A stretch of DNA of 64,000 nt. It comes from a virus (Duplodnaviria; Caudoviricetes). The stretch spans positions 1 to 64,000 of the IMG/VR virus record IMGVR_UViG_3300043388_000012. One strand, 5' to 3'. Position 1 is the stretch's first letter. Each line of letters starts with the position of its first letter. The notes below the pieces were generated by a model, which was not told the origin of the DNA, searched no databases, and saw nothing but the letters and a program-made list of their open reading frames with translations. Shown piece by piece: positions 21,021-33,243 of the stretch. A program made the position numbers and the translations under genes.

Positions 21021-24000
21021 CGGCCGATTTCCCTTGCAGCACACATGTGTCATACAGGTGGGCGCGTGGGGTTTGCGTCCGCACTCTGCCTCACGTCCGG
21101 GAGGCCTTACCCCTATTCCCCCTCGAAAAATGATCGGGCAACCCAAAGGGCACCCTGGGTTTCAAAAATAAAATTTCGTATACCGCGCACAGCGGTAAGC
21201 AATGGGCGGGGGCATGGCAAGGAAGAGCAAGGCAAGGCGAGAACGGGACTTACTCGGAGTAGTGCATGAGGCGGCGGGTGAGCTCGCGAAGAGACGAGAG
21301 CATGATTTGAGGCTTGCTCTTTTGCCCGACAAGATCGTGGTGCGTGCAGACACGTTCGTCCGCACGATTTGGTTTGTGCAGTTCTCCGAGGAAGCCAACA
21401 TCCTTGCTTGGATGTACCGGAGCCCGGGGCAACCTTGGAACATCGCATGGCGCTTCAAGTACCCAGACAGAGCGGCAGAAGTGCATCGGGTTATGGTTAG
21501 TGCCGAACCGCAGGAATACGAGCTAGTCGCGGCCGAAGAGAAGCTCTCCGAGGTCTTCCAAGCTGCTTGCGATGCAGAGACACGAGCAGGGCGGTTTGCC
21601 GAGTATGACCGGCTCGATATCCAGCTGATTGGGGAGGAAGCCCTTGCTTGCATCGAGGATCAACCGTGGGCCAAGAACCCGATCATTCTGTGATTGTCCC
21701 CAAAGCGAGCAGACCTGTTTTGGTCATGCTTTTCCGCTGAGAAAAGTCTTTGGTGCGGGACACGTCCGGCTGTAGAGTTCCGCCAACTCTCGTGCACAAG
21801 GTTCTTCCCGGGACTTGTCTCTCTCTTCATCGTGCACGGGAGTTTTCCTCCCTTCCCCTCGAGGGCCCAACTGATGGACGGTCTACACAAGCTCGATGAA
21901 CTCTGCACCGAAGTGCGGGAGGTGACTGAGTCTGACTGCGTTGTCTTGATGGTGATCGTGGGCAATCACATCGGCTACTCGGCGAAGTTTTCATGTGAGC
22001 CGCATCTCCGTACGCAGACGTTGAGCGCGATCGCTTCTCAGTTGCGTCACATCGCAGGTGAAATCGAAGCAGATGCTACCCCGCGACTAGCTTGGGATCA
22101 GAGCGATGGCGTTGTCTGCCCGACGTGCGGTGAGGACTTCACGTTGTGCTCGCACGGCAACGAAATAACTTCGAGGGAACAGTCATGAATGGCGATGTGA
22201 CTTGGAAGGTTTGCGATCGATGCGTAGGCAAGCCGGATGCAGAGCATTTCGCTGAGACCCTCGAGGCATGCACTGACCCTGCGATCAAAGAGCTGGCGCA
22301 GAGCATTCCTGCGGTGACTTGTTATTTCGATACGGCAACCGCTGCAGCACGAAGCTTCCACGTCTGGATTACAGGCTATACACACCATGCTGATGGTTCT
22401 GTCACCATCCGCGCGCTCAACGACGGCAATGACGATCTCTTGCCCGGGATCGGTAGTGAGCGAGTTCCGCCGCAGAACTTAGTGCCGTGCGGCTGTGGCA
22501 AGTGGGTATCTCCAACTCAAGCGCAATGCTTGGAGTCAGGCATAGAAATGCTCGACTTCGTTAGGAGCCGCAGGAGCCGGGGGAAGGCATGACTAACAAG
22601 CCGCCGAAGATTGAAACCACGCAACAGTACTTCGTTACGAAGGGTTGCTTGCAGGGATTCAAGAACAGTTTGTTAGCACTCGATGGTCTGAACCGACCAG
22701 ACATGTGGAAGAAGCTTTATCGAGATGCGTTGCTCTCGATCATCGAAGAGCTCGCCGCCGACGTGAAGGAGTACGAAGACAGCGAGCCGCTGAACGTTCT
22801 CCCGTTCGGACCAATCGAGATCCCTCCGCATAGGCGCAACCGATGACTAAGGTCAAAGACCTTTGGAACGATGCAGAGGGCACGATCGTCTGGCGCGAAG
22901 TCTTCAAGGACGAAGAAACGGGTCAGTGGCTCATTTCCGTGAACGTAGGCGGAAGCACGATCGAGCCTCCAGCGTTCAGCATTGCTCGTGCGCTCAAGTC
23001 CTATCTTGCCGAAGACATCCGGACGGAGGCGATCGTTGCCTATCAAGCGATGGCGCGTTGCCTGCACAGGCTAGCTAACAAAGCGATGCTCGAAGCAGAG
23101 AAGCTACAACCGACTTCGGAGTTCGAGATCCCGATCGAGAAACTCTGCATCGATCTGATGAACGAAAAGGTTGCTGAGATCGCGAAGCACGGCGGCAGAG
23201 CTCTCACGATCGCCGAAGAGCGACTAGCAGCTCATCTGCGCGCGCGGGGTTGGGGGGAGAAGCTATGACCGTCCGTCAGTACACGCCCGAGGAGAAGGCC
23301 CGCTTGGTCGGTGGGCTGTCGGAGGAAGATTGGAATCGATCTTCGATCGAGTTCGAGCGCGTCGTGAGGTGGTCTTTCGAGAGATTGCCGGTCATGACGC
23401 AAGCGGCTGCGCTGCACGGTCTCCTTTGCGGCAACCAGGAGCTTCAGGATGCGCTCGACACCATCGAGCACGTTTGTAAGCAGCAGCCGGTTCCGATGCA
23501 AGCTCCGTGCCACTCGCTGAGCAAGAAGCTCATCTCCGCAGGTTGGGAAGGATGCGAGTAAAGGTCGAGCTGGGTATAAACACGATCTGCATCGAGTACT
23601 TAGGCGGGCAACGTTTCATCGAGATTCAGAGGGCTGGCGGATGACAAGCGACGACGACGATCCTGTGATGCGGCGTACTGCGACGGGCTTGCCCGGAGCC
23701 GCGTGTTTGAAGTGCGGAGCTCTGGCTCAGAACGCGGCCAACGCTCTGGGAGACAAGCTGATACATCCGTTCGCTGGCTGCTTCTCGATCTGTGTCATGT
23801 GCTTCCATCCGCAGGCGTTCACGGAGGACCTTACGAAGTTCCGTGAGCTGACTCCCGAAGAAGCCAAGTCGAAGCCACTTCAGCGAGCACTCGACGCGAT
23901 CAAGCGAGCATTCGCGACGAGGCCTAGCTAAAATGCCGCTCGTTATCCCGTTCGTCTGCGATGTGTGCGGAGCGGGTTGCGTTGCCGAACCATGCTCGGG

Positions 24001-26339
24001 AGAGACGTGCTTTCTCCCGCATCGTGCGGATGGGCACGTGCACTACAGATGCCCGACCGGAGACGCTCCGCCGTTCGCTGTGACCGTCATCAAGAGCAGG
24101 TGGGGCGATCACATTCAGATTACTTCGTCGAAGCGAATGGACCAACCATGAACCGGCTACACGCTCTCGTGCACGCGCTCGAATGCACGGCGATCGTCTT
24201 GGCTGTGATTGCTCCGGTTCGTAGCACGATGCATAAAGTCGCAGCTTGGTTCGCGTTGGGCGTGCTCTGTTTGGTGATCGCGATGGGAGCCGGAGCGGAG
24301 CTGTGGAATCTGAAATGAGACGACGATCGCAGCTACACGAGCTGTTCATTGTGCTCGTTGGCAAGCGAGGCTAACCGATGACCTACGCACGTTGGAGTGA
24401 GGCGTCAGACGTGTACTTGTACGAGTCGGCTAGTACAGACCGCTTCATCTGCTGCGGTTGTTGTTTGATGCCTGTCCCGAAGCCGTTGTCTGAAGTGAAC
24501 CAGCGGGCGCGTGCAAGGATGACTCACGATGAACGGAGCACGGTCTCGCGTTCGTTCGCTAAGCGAGAGCAGTTGATTGAGCACCTTCAAGAACACATCG
24601 CAGCGGGGCATAAGGTTGAGTCGCATGCGATCCTGAAACTACAACACGAGATCGACAATCCTCCGGAGCCATTCGATCCGGCGCGGAGATCGCTAAAGGC
24701 CAAGTTCGAGCGGCTCACTCAACAAGAGCGCGACGCTCTTTTGATCGCGACTCAAGTACTCGCTTCAGAAGATCCGCCGCCGACTAGGGCTCGTCTCGCA
24801 GTGGAGGTCATCACGACTGCGATGGATGACTTGAAGGAGCTCGGAGATCTCGGGCCAACGATCAACGAGTGGAAAGATCGGCTTGTGTTCTCGTTGGGCG
24901 TGCAGCTAGCTCATGTCCGAATGCTGGTGCCGACATGAAGGAGTTTACACCGCGCGGAGCTACGCTCTTTTTGCTAGAGAAGGCTCGTCTTGAAGGCGAC
25001 AGGTTGGCGGTTATGCCTGTCTACGCAGACTTGTTCGCTCGGTACTGCCCGGGAGTCGGCTGGTGTTGGCCATGCAAAGGGCTGCTCTACATGGCGGCGA
25101 CAGATGAGCTGTTGCCGCGAGATGTAGTCGAGACGATCCGCAGCATGCGCGACATATGAAGGGGGACACGTGCGTAAGAAAAAAGATGAGTTTGATCTGA
25201 TCGATGACTTGGATCTCATCGACCGCGATCCGTCGATCGGAATTGCCACGAAGGCACTTCTTCAGTTGCCTGCCTTCAGGAGGCGAGCAAAGAAGGAAGC
25301 CGATCGCATCAGAGGATTGCTCCGGGCAGCGCGCGACAAGGAGGCCACATGAGAGTCGTCACGTCGAAGGTCGTTGTCACAGAGATGGGAGCGGCTTCGT
25401 TCTTCCGCATGTGCCTGACGTTGGGTCAGCGCTACATCGAGCAGGCGATCGTGGCGCTGGAGATGCAGGAGCAGATCGCTCCGAGCGATACCGCGGCAGA
25501 GCATCGCTACTGCAGTCAGGCGATGAACCGACTCCTTCCGATCGATGCAACCGAGTGGTTGAAGCAGGAGCGAGCGAAGGTTCGTGCTGAGTTTTGGGGG
25601 CTGATCTCGGCTGCAAGGAACGTGGTCGATGCGAACACTAGAGAGCGCGGGAGGACTTCCAACGCAATCGTAACGCCGCTCGATGCCACGATGGCGAGTC
25701 TCCGAAACTCGCTCAAACAGTTGCCGATGATGGCGGCAGAGAACGAGACCAAACTGACCGGCTCGCGCGAGAAGGAGACCGCGTGGCTCATCCGGAGCTC
25801 AACTTGTTAGTTGCATCGTGGTTCGAGCGAGCTATCGCACGTGTGCGAGCGAGCTCTTCGAGCTGCTAGGCGGAGGTCGCAAGTGAGCCCTAACTACTTC
25901 TTCGGCGATCTCCGTTGGACGAAAGACCGCCCGACGATCAAGGCACCTGTCGCTCTCTCGTGTGCCGAGTGCAAGGAGAGCATCGCAGCGAGTGACAGCG
26001 GCGTTGTTATGCAGAGCGTGATCATTGATCTCGATGATTCTAGTAATCACGTTGTCGGAGCAGCTGGCGGAGCTCCTGTGTTGCTTTCGCCCCCAAAAGA
26101 TCAAGCGATGATCCATTCGGTCGCTGTGCATGAAGAGTGTTTCATGCGTCAGATCGTCGGGAGTGTTGGGCATCAGACACGGCGATGCTCGTGCTACGGC
26201 GGCGACTACGACGATCCGCCTGGCATGTCGAAGCGCGAAGCAGCCAAGGTCGCTTACACGATCTTTCTCACGCACCGTGCAGCGCTCGCAGAAGGCTTCA
26301 TCCCGGGAGGCGATGCCAACTGATGGACGCGTATAGCCC

Positions 26340-26649
26340 ATGAGTCCATCAGAACTCGCCTACCAGGAAGCCACAGAAGCGATCTACGTTCGCGAGATCG
26401 ATGACGGGTGGGTCATTAGTGTTCTTCGGATGGTGTATTCCGATCGAGTGTGTATCGGTCGAATCGAAGATACCTCCACGTATGACGATGGCTGGTGTTA
26501 CCCCAACCGAGCGATGGCGCTGCGCTCCGCGCAAGCGTTGGAACGGGGTGGCAGACCCTCCCGACGGTTGGATAAAACAGGTCTCTACGGGGCGTTGTCG
26601 TGTGAATGGAGATCCGAATCGGGAATCGAAGGGATGGCCGGAGCCATGA
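26340..26649 (+). pseudogene. Small phage gene broken by a single-base frameshift (or sequencing error)
   Basis: Removing one T at 26538-26539 joins YDDGWCYPNRAMALRSAQA to WNGVADPPDGWIKQVSTGRCRVNGDP in the other frame. Confidence 0.55.
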
Positions 26650-26956
26650 GTAGCGAGCCAAACTTCATCGCTGTGTGGAGGTATGAATGATCATCGAAGT
26701 TGTCGCAGAAGACCTCCGGGAGCTAGTCATGCAGTTGGAAGGGGCGATCTTTCCTTACGAAGACGTTACGGACGCAAGGATCAACGCGTTTCGTCGTATT
26801 CGCGCGGTTCTGTTGCGAGAAGGCGTTTACCCAGAGTCGGCCTATCATCGAGCACAGATGCGTCCGTCGACCTTCGAGCAGCTACCGACTGCCGAGAAGT
26901 GGAAGATCGATCGAGCTCTCGGGCTTCTCGATTGGGATGGCACTGACGATCGATCT

Positions 26957-26995
26957 CCGGTCGAGCCGGTCGAGCCGGTCGAGCCGGTCGAGCCG
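26957..26995 (+). repeat. 9-bp tandem repeat (CCGGTCGAG)x4, encoding PVEPVEPVEPVEP
   Basis: Read directly from the sequence. Confidence 0.95.
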
Positions 26996-27926
26996 ATGAA
27001 CATCGATGCGAAGGTATCGCCGATCTTCCAAGGGGTGCATGCAGACCGGTACGAGACGAATCCTGCGGAGCTCGATGCTGCCCAGCTCTGGGAAGTCGAG
27101 AACACACAAGTAACGTCGTTAGGCCGGGAGGCAGGAACGATGCTCAACGTGTGGACTCAGTCTTTCAGCCTGCTCGGACGCTTGCTCTCTCGAGATCCCG
27201 ACCGCGGCATCAACCCGAGCCCTCGAGACTGGTTGGTTGCTTCGACGGTAGTGCAGTGGCTCGGTACTCTCCGCGGTCGCACGTTCTTGGCTCAACTTCA
27301 GGTAGCATCATCGCTGCGGCGGGAGCCGTGAGACGTTGGGAGATCGCGTTCTACGTTTTGGTGCTGGCTCTGATATTGGCCCTGCAGTTGGCACGCGAGC
27401 TCTATATCGATTCGCACGCACAGCCAGGCTGGAGCGACGAACCAGGTACGTTCGATCCGTCGAAGGTCAAGGGGGAATGATGGGCACGAAGCTCGCACGG
27501 CGATCGTTGTTTCAAGGCATCGGAGCCGTTGTCTTCGCGAAGGCGTTGGAGCGGCTCCCTGTGCTTCCCGCAAAGTGGGCATCGGACTTCGACGAGCTAG
27601 TGCGCACTTCGAGCATCGTTACGTTGGAGCCGGGCGATACGTTGCACTGGGTAAGGGATGCTGTCGGAGGTTATGCAGTCGTGATCGCAGCGGCAGCAGC
27701 GATCTACAGCGCTCCGCTCCGCGCGCGTTTGACGTAGCTCGCCGCTGACTGCGAGACTGCAGACCGCGGAGCTTGGAGCGATGCGGCATGGTATGTAGGG
27801 AGAGCCTGCATCATCCGTCGGAGATTTTCGGTAGGTCTTCAAGGTGGCACGGGGCATGAAACACTGCTCGCTTCAAGCTGCGCGTTAGCTGGCTAGGTCT
27901 CCTGATCTTCAGGCAGGCTACTGATC

Positions 27927-28718
27927 ATGTCAGCACCGACAACGATCAACCCTGTCGAATGGGAGCGCATCGTAGCGGTATATGCGAAGCACGACGGCAG
28001 GCTTCATCAGACCGCGATGGAGCTCGGTTGGCCGATCGCTCGCACAACCCGCGTGTTCAAGCGCGGCTATCCATCGATTGGCTATCCGCCGATTCGAACC
28101 ATCTTGGCTAAAGATGCGTTCTCGGCGAATGAGATCAGAGCTGAACGCCAGTTGATGGAAGGCAGTCTCCCGCCGTCAGCGGGCCCGCTCGACAAGCTAC
28201 CGCAAGCGACCGACCATGAACGCGCGGTTGTGATCTCCAGCGCCGAAGAGCTCCGCATCAAGGAGATGGTGCGGCGCGAAGAAGAGCGGGAGCGAGCGCG
28301 GAAGGACTCGCTCAAGAGTCGCTCTGAAGAAGCGACTCTCGTGCAGATCAATCGGCGCAACGCGATCGCGCTCAACCTGATGACTGCACAGGTGCTGCGC
28401 GGAGCTGGTCAGCTTAGCGGGAGCCTGCAGAAGCAGCTTGAGAAAGAAGCCACGAACGGCACGCTCAAGATGGGCGAGAAGCTGCAGCTTATTCGTGCGG
28501 CCGCATCTATCGCGCGCTTCAACGCTGAAGCTTCGGTGATGGCAGTGAAGGCAGAGCGCATGGTCATGAACACGCCGATCGATGCTGGCCCTGACATACC
28601 GATCGAGACTGATGGCGATGCTGTTGCGGATGCCGCTGTATGGATCGAGAAAGTTCAGAAGGCGATCCTGCGAGCACAACGCAGAGGCTTGATCACGGCG
28701 GCGAGCAAGAAGGGGTGA
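27927..28718 (+). CDS. Putative terminase small subunit
   Basis: N-terminal HTH-like segment then helical body; lies just upstream of terL. Confidence 0.5.
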   Translation: MSAPTTINPVEWERIVAVYAKHDGRLHQTAMELGWPIARTTRVFKRGYPSIGYPPIRTILAKDAFSANEIRAERQLMEGSLPPSAGPLDKLPQATDHERAVVISSAEELRIKEMVRREEERERARKDSLKSRSEEATLVQINRRNAIALNLMTAQVLRGAGQLSGSLQKQLEKEATNGTLKMGEKLQLIRAAASIARFNAEASVMAVKAERMVMNTPIDAGPDIPIETDGDAVADAAVWIEKVQKAILRAQRRGLITAASKKG

Positions 28719-28938
28719 TCATGGAGTTGGTCGAGCGTGCTCGCGTGCGTGCGGATGGCGACAAGCCGACAGGGCATGTTGCATGGTCCGAGTATGCGAC
28801 CGCGTATAACATCCATGTTTGGAGACATGGCCACGTGCTTACAGCTCGCGAGTTCCTAGAGTCAGGCGGCTTCCGATACGGAGAGCTGCTCGACCTGCTC
28901 GGCTGTGAGCCAAAGACTTGGGAGCCTGTGTCGCTCTG

Positions 28939-31725
28939 ATGCGTTACCGAGTGAAATGGGCGGCGACGATCGCGGCATCCACGCTCGCAGCGTCAACGAC
29001 GCTAGCTAGTCCGGGTCATGATGTTCTAGCCAGTGAGGCGGCGAGCGAGAATGTAACCTCGAGGATACAAAAACCGCGGCTCCGAGTGCGTATCGTTCCG
29101 CCTCCTGTGCGGCCGCAGGAGCCGAGCAAGGAACCGAAGCCCCCGTTGCGCCTTGAGACGCCTCCCGGGTTTCCTGAGCCAGCTCCGGAGCCGGATGACG
29201 TCGAAGACGACGGGGCAACCGATCAAGAGATTCAGATGGCTCTGCTGCACAAGGCGGCGGAGGCGAAGGCCAAGTATCACGAGCTCTGCCGCAACGACAT
29301 AGACGCCTTCTGTGAGTACGTACTGAAAGACGTCGACGGCAAGGCGATCGAGCAGAACGCCTTTCACGAGCAGCTTCAGCGCGATCTGACAGTACACAGG
29401 CAGATCGTTGTCATCAGCCATCCTGAGAGCGGGAAGGCGCTGACGCTCGATACAGAGATTCCGACGCCAGACGGCTGGCGGACGATGGGATCGCTGAAGT
29501 GCGGCGATCGTGTGTTCGGAGGCGATGGCAAGCCGTGCTTAGTTACGTTTGCGACGCCTGTGCAGCTGGGTCGACGCGTGTTCGAAGTTGAGTTCGAAGA
29601 TGGCTCGATTCTCAAGGCGGATGCCGATCATCAATGGCATGTTCGCAAGCGGCAGGCGTTCGGCACTCGAGTTGTCACAACGCTCGACATGCAGCGCAAG
29701 CTCACGGAGTCAGACGGTCATTTTGTGTGGTCGGTACCGTGCACTGGAGCAGTGCAGTATGAGCGACACAGGTTGCTTGTTGACCCGTATGTGTTGGGAG
29801 CATGGCTCGGCGACGGCACTGCGAGCGATGCTTCGTTGACGTTCGGCGAGGCGGATAGCTTCGTTTGGGAAGAGTGCGTTGCACGAGTCGGCGGCAGAGC
29901 TCCGCGCGTGGATAGGCACAACGGGCATGTGAAGACCGGGACTCTCGGGTCAGGGTGGGGAGCGATCCGCGGTAGGTTGCGTCGCTTGCGAGTGCTGGAT
30001 GACAAGCATATCCCGACCAACTATCTGACGGCTTCTGTGTACGATCGACGGGAGCTGCTAGCCGGCCTGCTCGATACTGACGGGAGCGTGAGTCGAGCAG
30101 CCGGAGGAAGCTCACGAGTCGAGCTCACGCTCTGCAACGGCAGGCTCGCGAGTGACTCACTCGAGTTGATTCGGTCGCTGGGTTTCCGCGCAACGATGAA
30201 GGAGTCCGACTCCTGTTTGAACGGGCGCGTAGTCGGTCGGCGTTGGCGGATCTGTTTCACAGCGCGTGAGCCGGTGTTCCGGTTGCCACGGAAGCTCGCG
30301 AAGCAGCAGCTAGGCGGCTCGACTCGTACGAGTTGGAAGCATGTCGTTGCGATTCGCGAGATCGAGTCGGTCCCGGTTCGCTGCATTGCGGTCGATAGTG
30401 AGAACCGAACGTATCTCGCTGGCCGGGCGTACACGGTCACGCACAACACCTCTCAGATAGCCGTTGGGCGCGTGTTGTTTGAGCTAGGGCGCAACCCGAA
30501 CTTGCGCGTGATGCTGCTCTACAACGCGGAAGAAGCCGCGGTCAACACGCTCTCGACGATCAAGAAGTACATCGAAGACAGCGAAGAGCTGCATGCGGTC
30601 TTCCCCAATCTCAGACGCGGGCAGATTTGGAAAGATGACGCGATCGTTGTTCAGCGCTCTGCCTACGATCGTAACCCGTCGATCGTTGCAGTCGGTTACA
30701 ACAGCCGACGCATCGGCGGTTCGCGCGTCGACTTCCTAGTCATCGATGACTTGCTCGACCAGACAGTCACGGCGAGCGAGATACAGCGCCGCAAGCTGTC
30801 GAGCTGGGTAAAGAGCACGGTCCTAACGCGTATCACTGCGCACGCAATGATCGCGTTTCTCACGAACGCTTGGCATCCGCGCGACCTCGCACACGAGTCG
30901 GTCAAGGATCGCGGCTGGCATCTCATCAAGCGGCCGATCCGTAATCCGGATGGCGCGATCTCCTGGCATCTGTGGACTGAAGAGCGGCTCAAGCTCAAGC
31001 GCAAGGATCTCGGAGCTCTCGAGTACGCACGTTCGTTCGAGTGCGATCCGCGCGATGACTCTTCGCGTGTGTTCCGGCCTGAACACGTCGAGTATGCGCA
31101 GAAGAAGCGCGGAGCCGGTTACGGCTTCTTGCACTCGCTCGATATCATGCCCGATCGCTCGCTCGTTGTGACCGGCATCGACTTGGCGGCTGGCGACGAC
31201 ACGAAGAAGATCGGTGCTCGCACTGCGATCGTCAGCGTGTTCTTCCATCCCAATCAGGATCGGCAGGTCGTGCGCATCCGCTCCGGTCGTTGGCGCGCGC
31301 GGCAGATTTTGGATGAAGTTGCGGCGGTCGGTCATCTCTTCCCGCGCAACCATTGGATCGTGGTCGAGAACAACGGTGTTCAGCGCTGGATTCTCGACCT
31401 GGCTAACGAGCATGACATGGACGTCGGCGTTGCTCTCGTGCCGTTCCGTACAGGCCGCAACAAGAGTGATCCTCGCTTCGGCGTGGCATCGATGGCGGCC
31501 GAGTACGAGGCTCGCCGTTGGATTTTGCCGGATGCCTGCGAGACCGAAGACGAGCAGAACGAAGTCGAGAGCGTCGTATCGCAGATGATCGATTATGTGC
31601 CGGAAGCGCATACGGGCGATGCGCTAATGGCGAAGTGGTTCGCGCGCGAAGTCGGCAGGAAGATCTTCATGCGGTTCTTCGGACCCGGAGCTACTGGCGG
31701 TTCCATCGTGCGCGCGATCGGGTAG
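28939..31725 (+). CDS. terL: Terminase large subunit with intein
   Basis: Walker A PESGK|T split by the intein, Walker B FLVIDD, nuclease TGIDLA, VENNG, HTGDALMA; ATG 28939 overlaps the preceding TGA. Confidence 0.92.
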   Translation: MRYRVKWAATIAASTLAASTTLASPGHDVLASEAASENVTSRIQKPRLRVRIVPPPVRPQEPSKEPKPPLRLETPPGFPEPAPEPDDVEDDGATDQEIQMALLHKAAEAKAKYHELCRNDIDAFCEYVLKDVDGKAIEQNAFHEQLQRDLTVHRQIVVISHPESGKALTLDTEIPTPDGWRTMGSLKCGDRVFGGDGKPCLVTFATPVQLGRRVFEVEFEDGSILKADADHQWHVRKRQAFGTRVVTTLDMQRKLTESDGHFVWSVPCTGAVQYERHRLLVDPYVLGAWLGDGTASDASLTFGEADSFVWEECVARVGGRAPRVDRHNGHVKTGTLGSGWGAIRGRLRRLRVLDDKHIPTNYLTASVYDRRELLAGLLDTDGSVSRAAGGSSRVELTLCNGRLASDSLELIRSLGFRATMKESDSCLNGRVVGRRWRICFTAREPVFRLPRKLAKQQLGGSTRTSWKHVVAIREIESVPVRCIAVDSENRTYLAGRAYTVTHNTSQIAVGRVLFELGRNPNLRVMLLYNAEEAAVNTLSTIKKYIEDSEELHAVFPNLRRGQIWKDDAIVVQRSAYDRNPSIVAVGYNSRRIGGSRVDFLVIDDLLDQTVTASEIQRRKLSSWVKSTVLTRITAHAMIAFLTNAWHPRDLAHESVKDRGWHLIKRPIRNPDGAISWHLWTEERLKLKRKDLGALEYARSFECDPRDDSSRVFRPEHVEYAQKKRGAGYGFLHSLDIMPDRSLVVTGIDLAAGDDTKKIGARTAIVSVFFHPNQDRQVVRIRSGRWRARQILDEVAAVGHLFPRNHWIVVENNGVQRWILDLANEHDMDVGVALVPFRTGRNKSDPRFGVASMAAEYEARRWILPDACETEDEQNEVESVVSQMIDYVPEAHTGDALMAKWFAREVGRKIFMRFFGPGATGGSIVRAIG
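29052..29069. promoter_or_regulatory. Motif A site
   Basis: TGTAACCTCGAGGATACA, in the 5' part of terL. Confidence 0.85.
29437..30447 (+). mobile_element. Class-3 intein with LAGLIDADG homing endonuclease (337 aa)
   Basis: Starts ALTLDT, ends THN before T; block B HQW, block F VRCIAV, block G T; YVLGAWLGDG and LLAGLLDTDG. Confidence 0.92.
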
Positions 31726-31735
31726 AGTTCGGCGC

Positions 31736-32191
31736 ATGCCCATCGTCGAATGCAACCATCTTCGAGTTGAGTTCTTCAGCGCAGCAGGACAACACGTCTG
31801 CAAGGATTGCGCTGCAACATGGCCAGAGCGACCTGCTCATGCCAGCTTAGGCAGAGGCGGCGAGCCCGGACGTTTTCCAGGCGAGCCGGCACAAACCGGG
31901 GGCGATGGAGTTGTCGTGTTGGAGCTGACTCCGTTCGAGCCCGATTGGGGTTCGCCTCCCGGAGCAACGATCGAAGACATCGTCAAAGAACGTCAGCTCA
32001 ATCGGCAAGAAGTTGCGAAGCAGCTAGGCGTGTCGCGATACGTGTTCGAGCTTGTAGTCAAAGGCCGAGAACCGCTGACTGATGAGCTCGCTGAGAAGTT
32101 GGCGGAGACGCTTGGCAGCACGGCTGAGTTTTGGAAGACAAGAGAGAAGCAGTATCGAGACAGTCTCTCCAGGCTCGCGAGCAAGCCGTGA
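31736..32191 (+). CDS. higA: HigA-like XRE antitoxin/regulator, no adjacent toxin
   Basis: PPGATIEDIVKERQLNRQEVAKQLGVS...LTDELAEKLAETLGSTAEFW. Confidence 0.75.
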   Translation: MPIVECNHLRVEFFSAAGQHVCKDCAATWPERPAHASLGRGGEPGRFPGEPAQTGGDGVVVLELTPFEPDWGSPPGATIEDIVKERQLNRQEVAKQLGVSRYVFELVVKGREPLTDELAEKLAETLGSTAEFWKTREKQYRDSLSRLASKP

Positions 32192-32345
32192 TCGATTGGT
32201 GCATGCAGAACCCGTTTCTCACCTTCATCCTTGGATGGATCTTCATGGAGGGTTCTTTCAGTCTCGGTAACCGATGCGTCGATTCGTTCAACAAGGCGAT
32301 GAAGCTGCAACAGGGCAACAGAGATGACGATGAGGATTCGACAAA

Positions 32346-33099
32346 ATGACGGGCAACGCATCGATGCAGCGGCTCAAGCTCGACTTGACCATGTGTCCGC
32401 GGTTGATCCCGTATTTTGGTGCGAAGGCGTTCACGCTCATGTATCCGTCTCCGCAGCATGATGCGTTGATAGAGCCGTTCGCAGGCGGAGCCTCGTATGC
32501 GCTCCGTTACCCTGACCGGAAGGTGATTCTTGTCGAGAAGTCCATCGCTGTGGCGCTACTTGATCGATGTCTCTGCGTTCGAGATCCGAAGCCTGCCGCT
32601 CGTCAGCGATGTGGATGATCTCGGCAACGTTCCGCAGGAGGCTAAATGGCTCGTTGGATGGTGGCTTGACCCGACCACGTATAAGCCAGCCAAACGAGCT
32701 AGCGTTAGGTGGCATCATGCGCAGGCACTCCGGGAGGGCAATCATCCTCGATGGTATTGGGGAGCCGAGCGACGGGGCTTGATTGCTCGGTTAGTCGAGC
32801 GCATCAAGCATTGGAAGATCGTCGAAGGCGGCTACGAGAGCTCGCCCAACATCGAAGCAACGTGGTTCGTTGATCCGCCGTATCAGGTCAAAGGCTCGAC
32901 TTACGTGCATGGCTCCAAAGACATCGACTACGAGCAGCTTGGCGGATGGTGTCGGGAGCGAGCTGGTCAAGTCGTTGTCTGCGAGAACATCGGCGCGGAT
33001 TGGCTTCCGTTCAGGCGGCTCGGCAAGGAGACCGTACGCAAGGCAGTGAAGGGCAAGCTTCAACGCAACAGCGAAGTCTTCTGGACGAACTCGCTGTGA
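32346..33099 (+). pseudogene. Dam-like adenine methylase split by a frameshift near 32540-32550
   Basis: PYFGAK and IEPFAGGASY in ORF 32346-32618; LWRYLI and FVDPPY in ORF 32530-33099. Confidence 0.8.
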
Positions 33100-33243
33100 C
33101 TGAGCTCGACCACGATCACTGTCCATACGACTGCGAGCATCCGCAGCCGTTCAGACGTGGCGATCAATCCTTCTGTGGGCGTTGCTGGTTTACCTGCGGC
33201 ATCCTGACACCAATGGCGCGTTGCACCCCTAAAACGTGCGGTA

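Larger units (their letters stand above)
21214..27737 (+). other. Run of about 18 small co-oriented hypothetical genes
   Basis: ORFs ending at 21693, 22188, 22592, 22846, 23268, 23561, 23931, 24151, 24318, 24938, 25159, 25352, 25810, 26323, 27331, 27480, 27737; many stop/start overlaps; several are Cys-rich. Confidence 0.75.

Noticed and set aside
26957-26995. PVE repeat as a phase-variation tract
   Set aside because: A 9-bp unit keeps the frame, so copy-number change would only alter linker length
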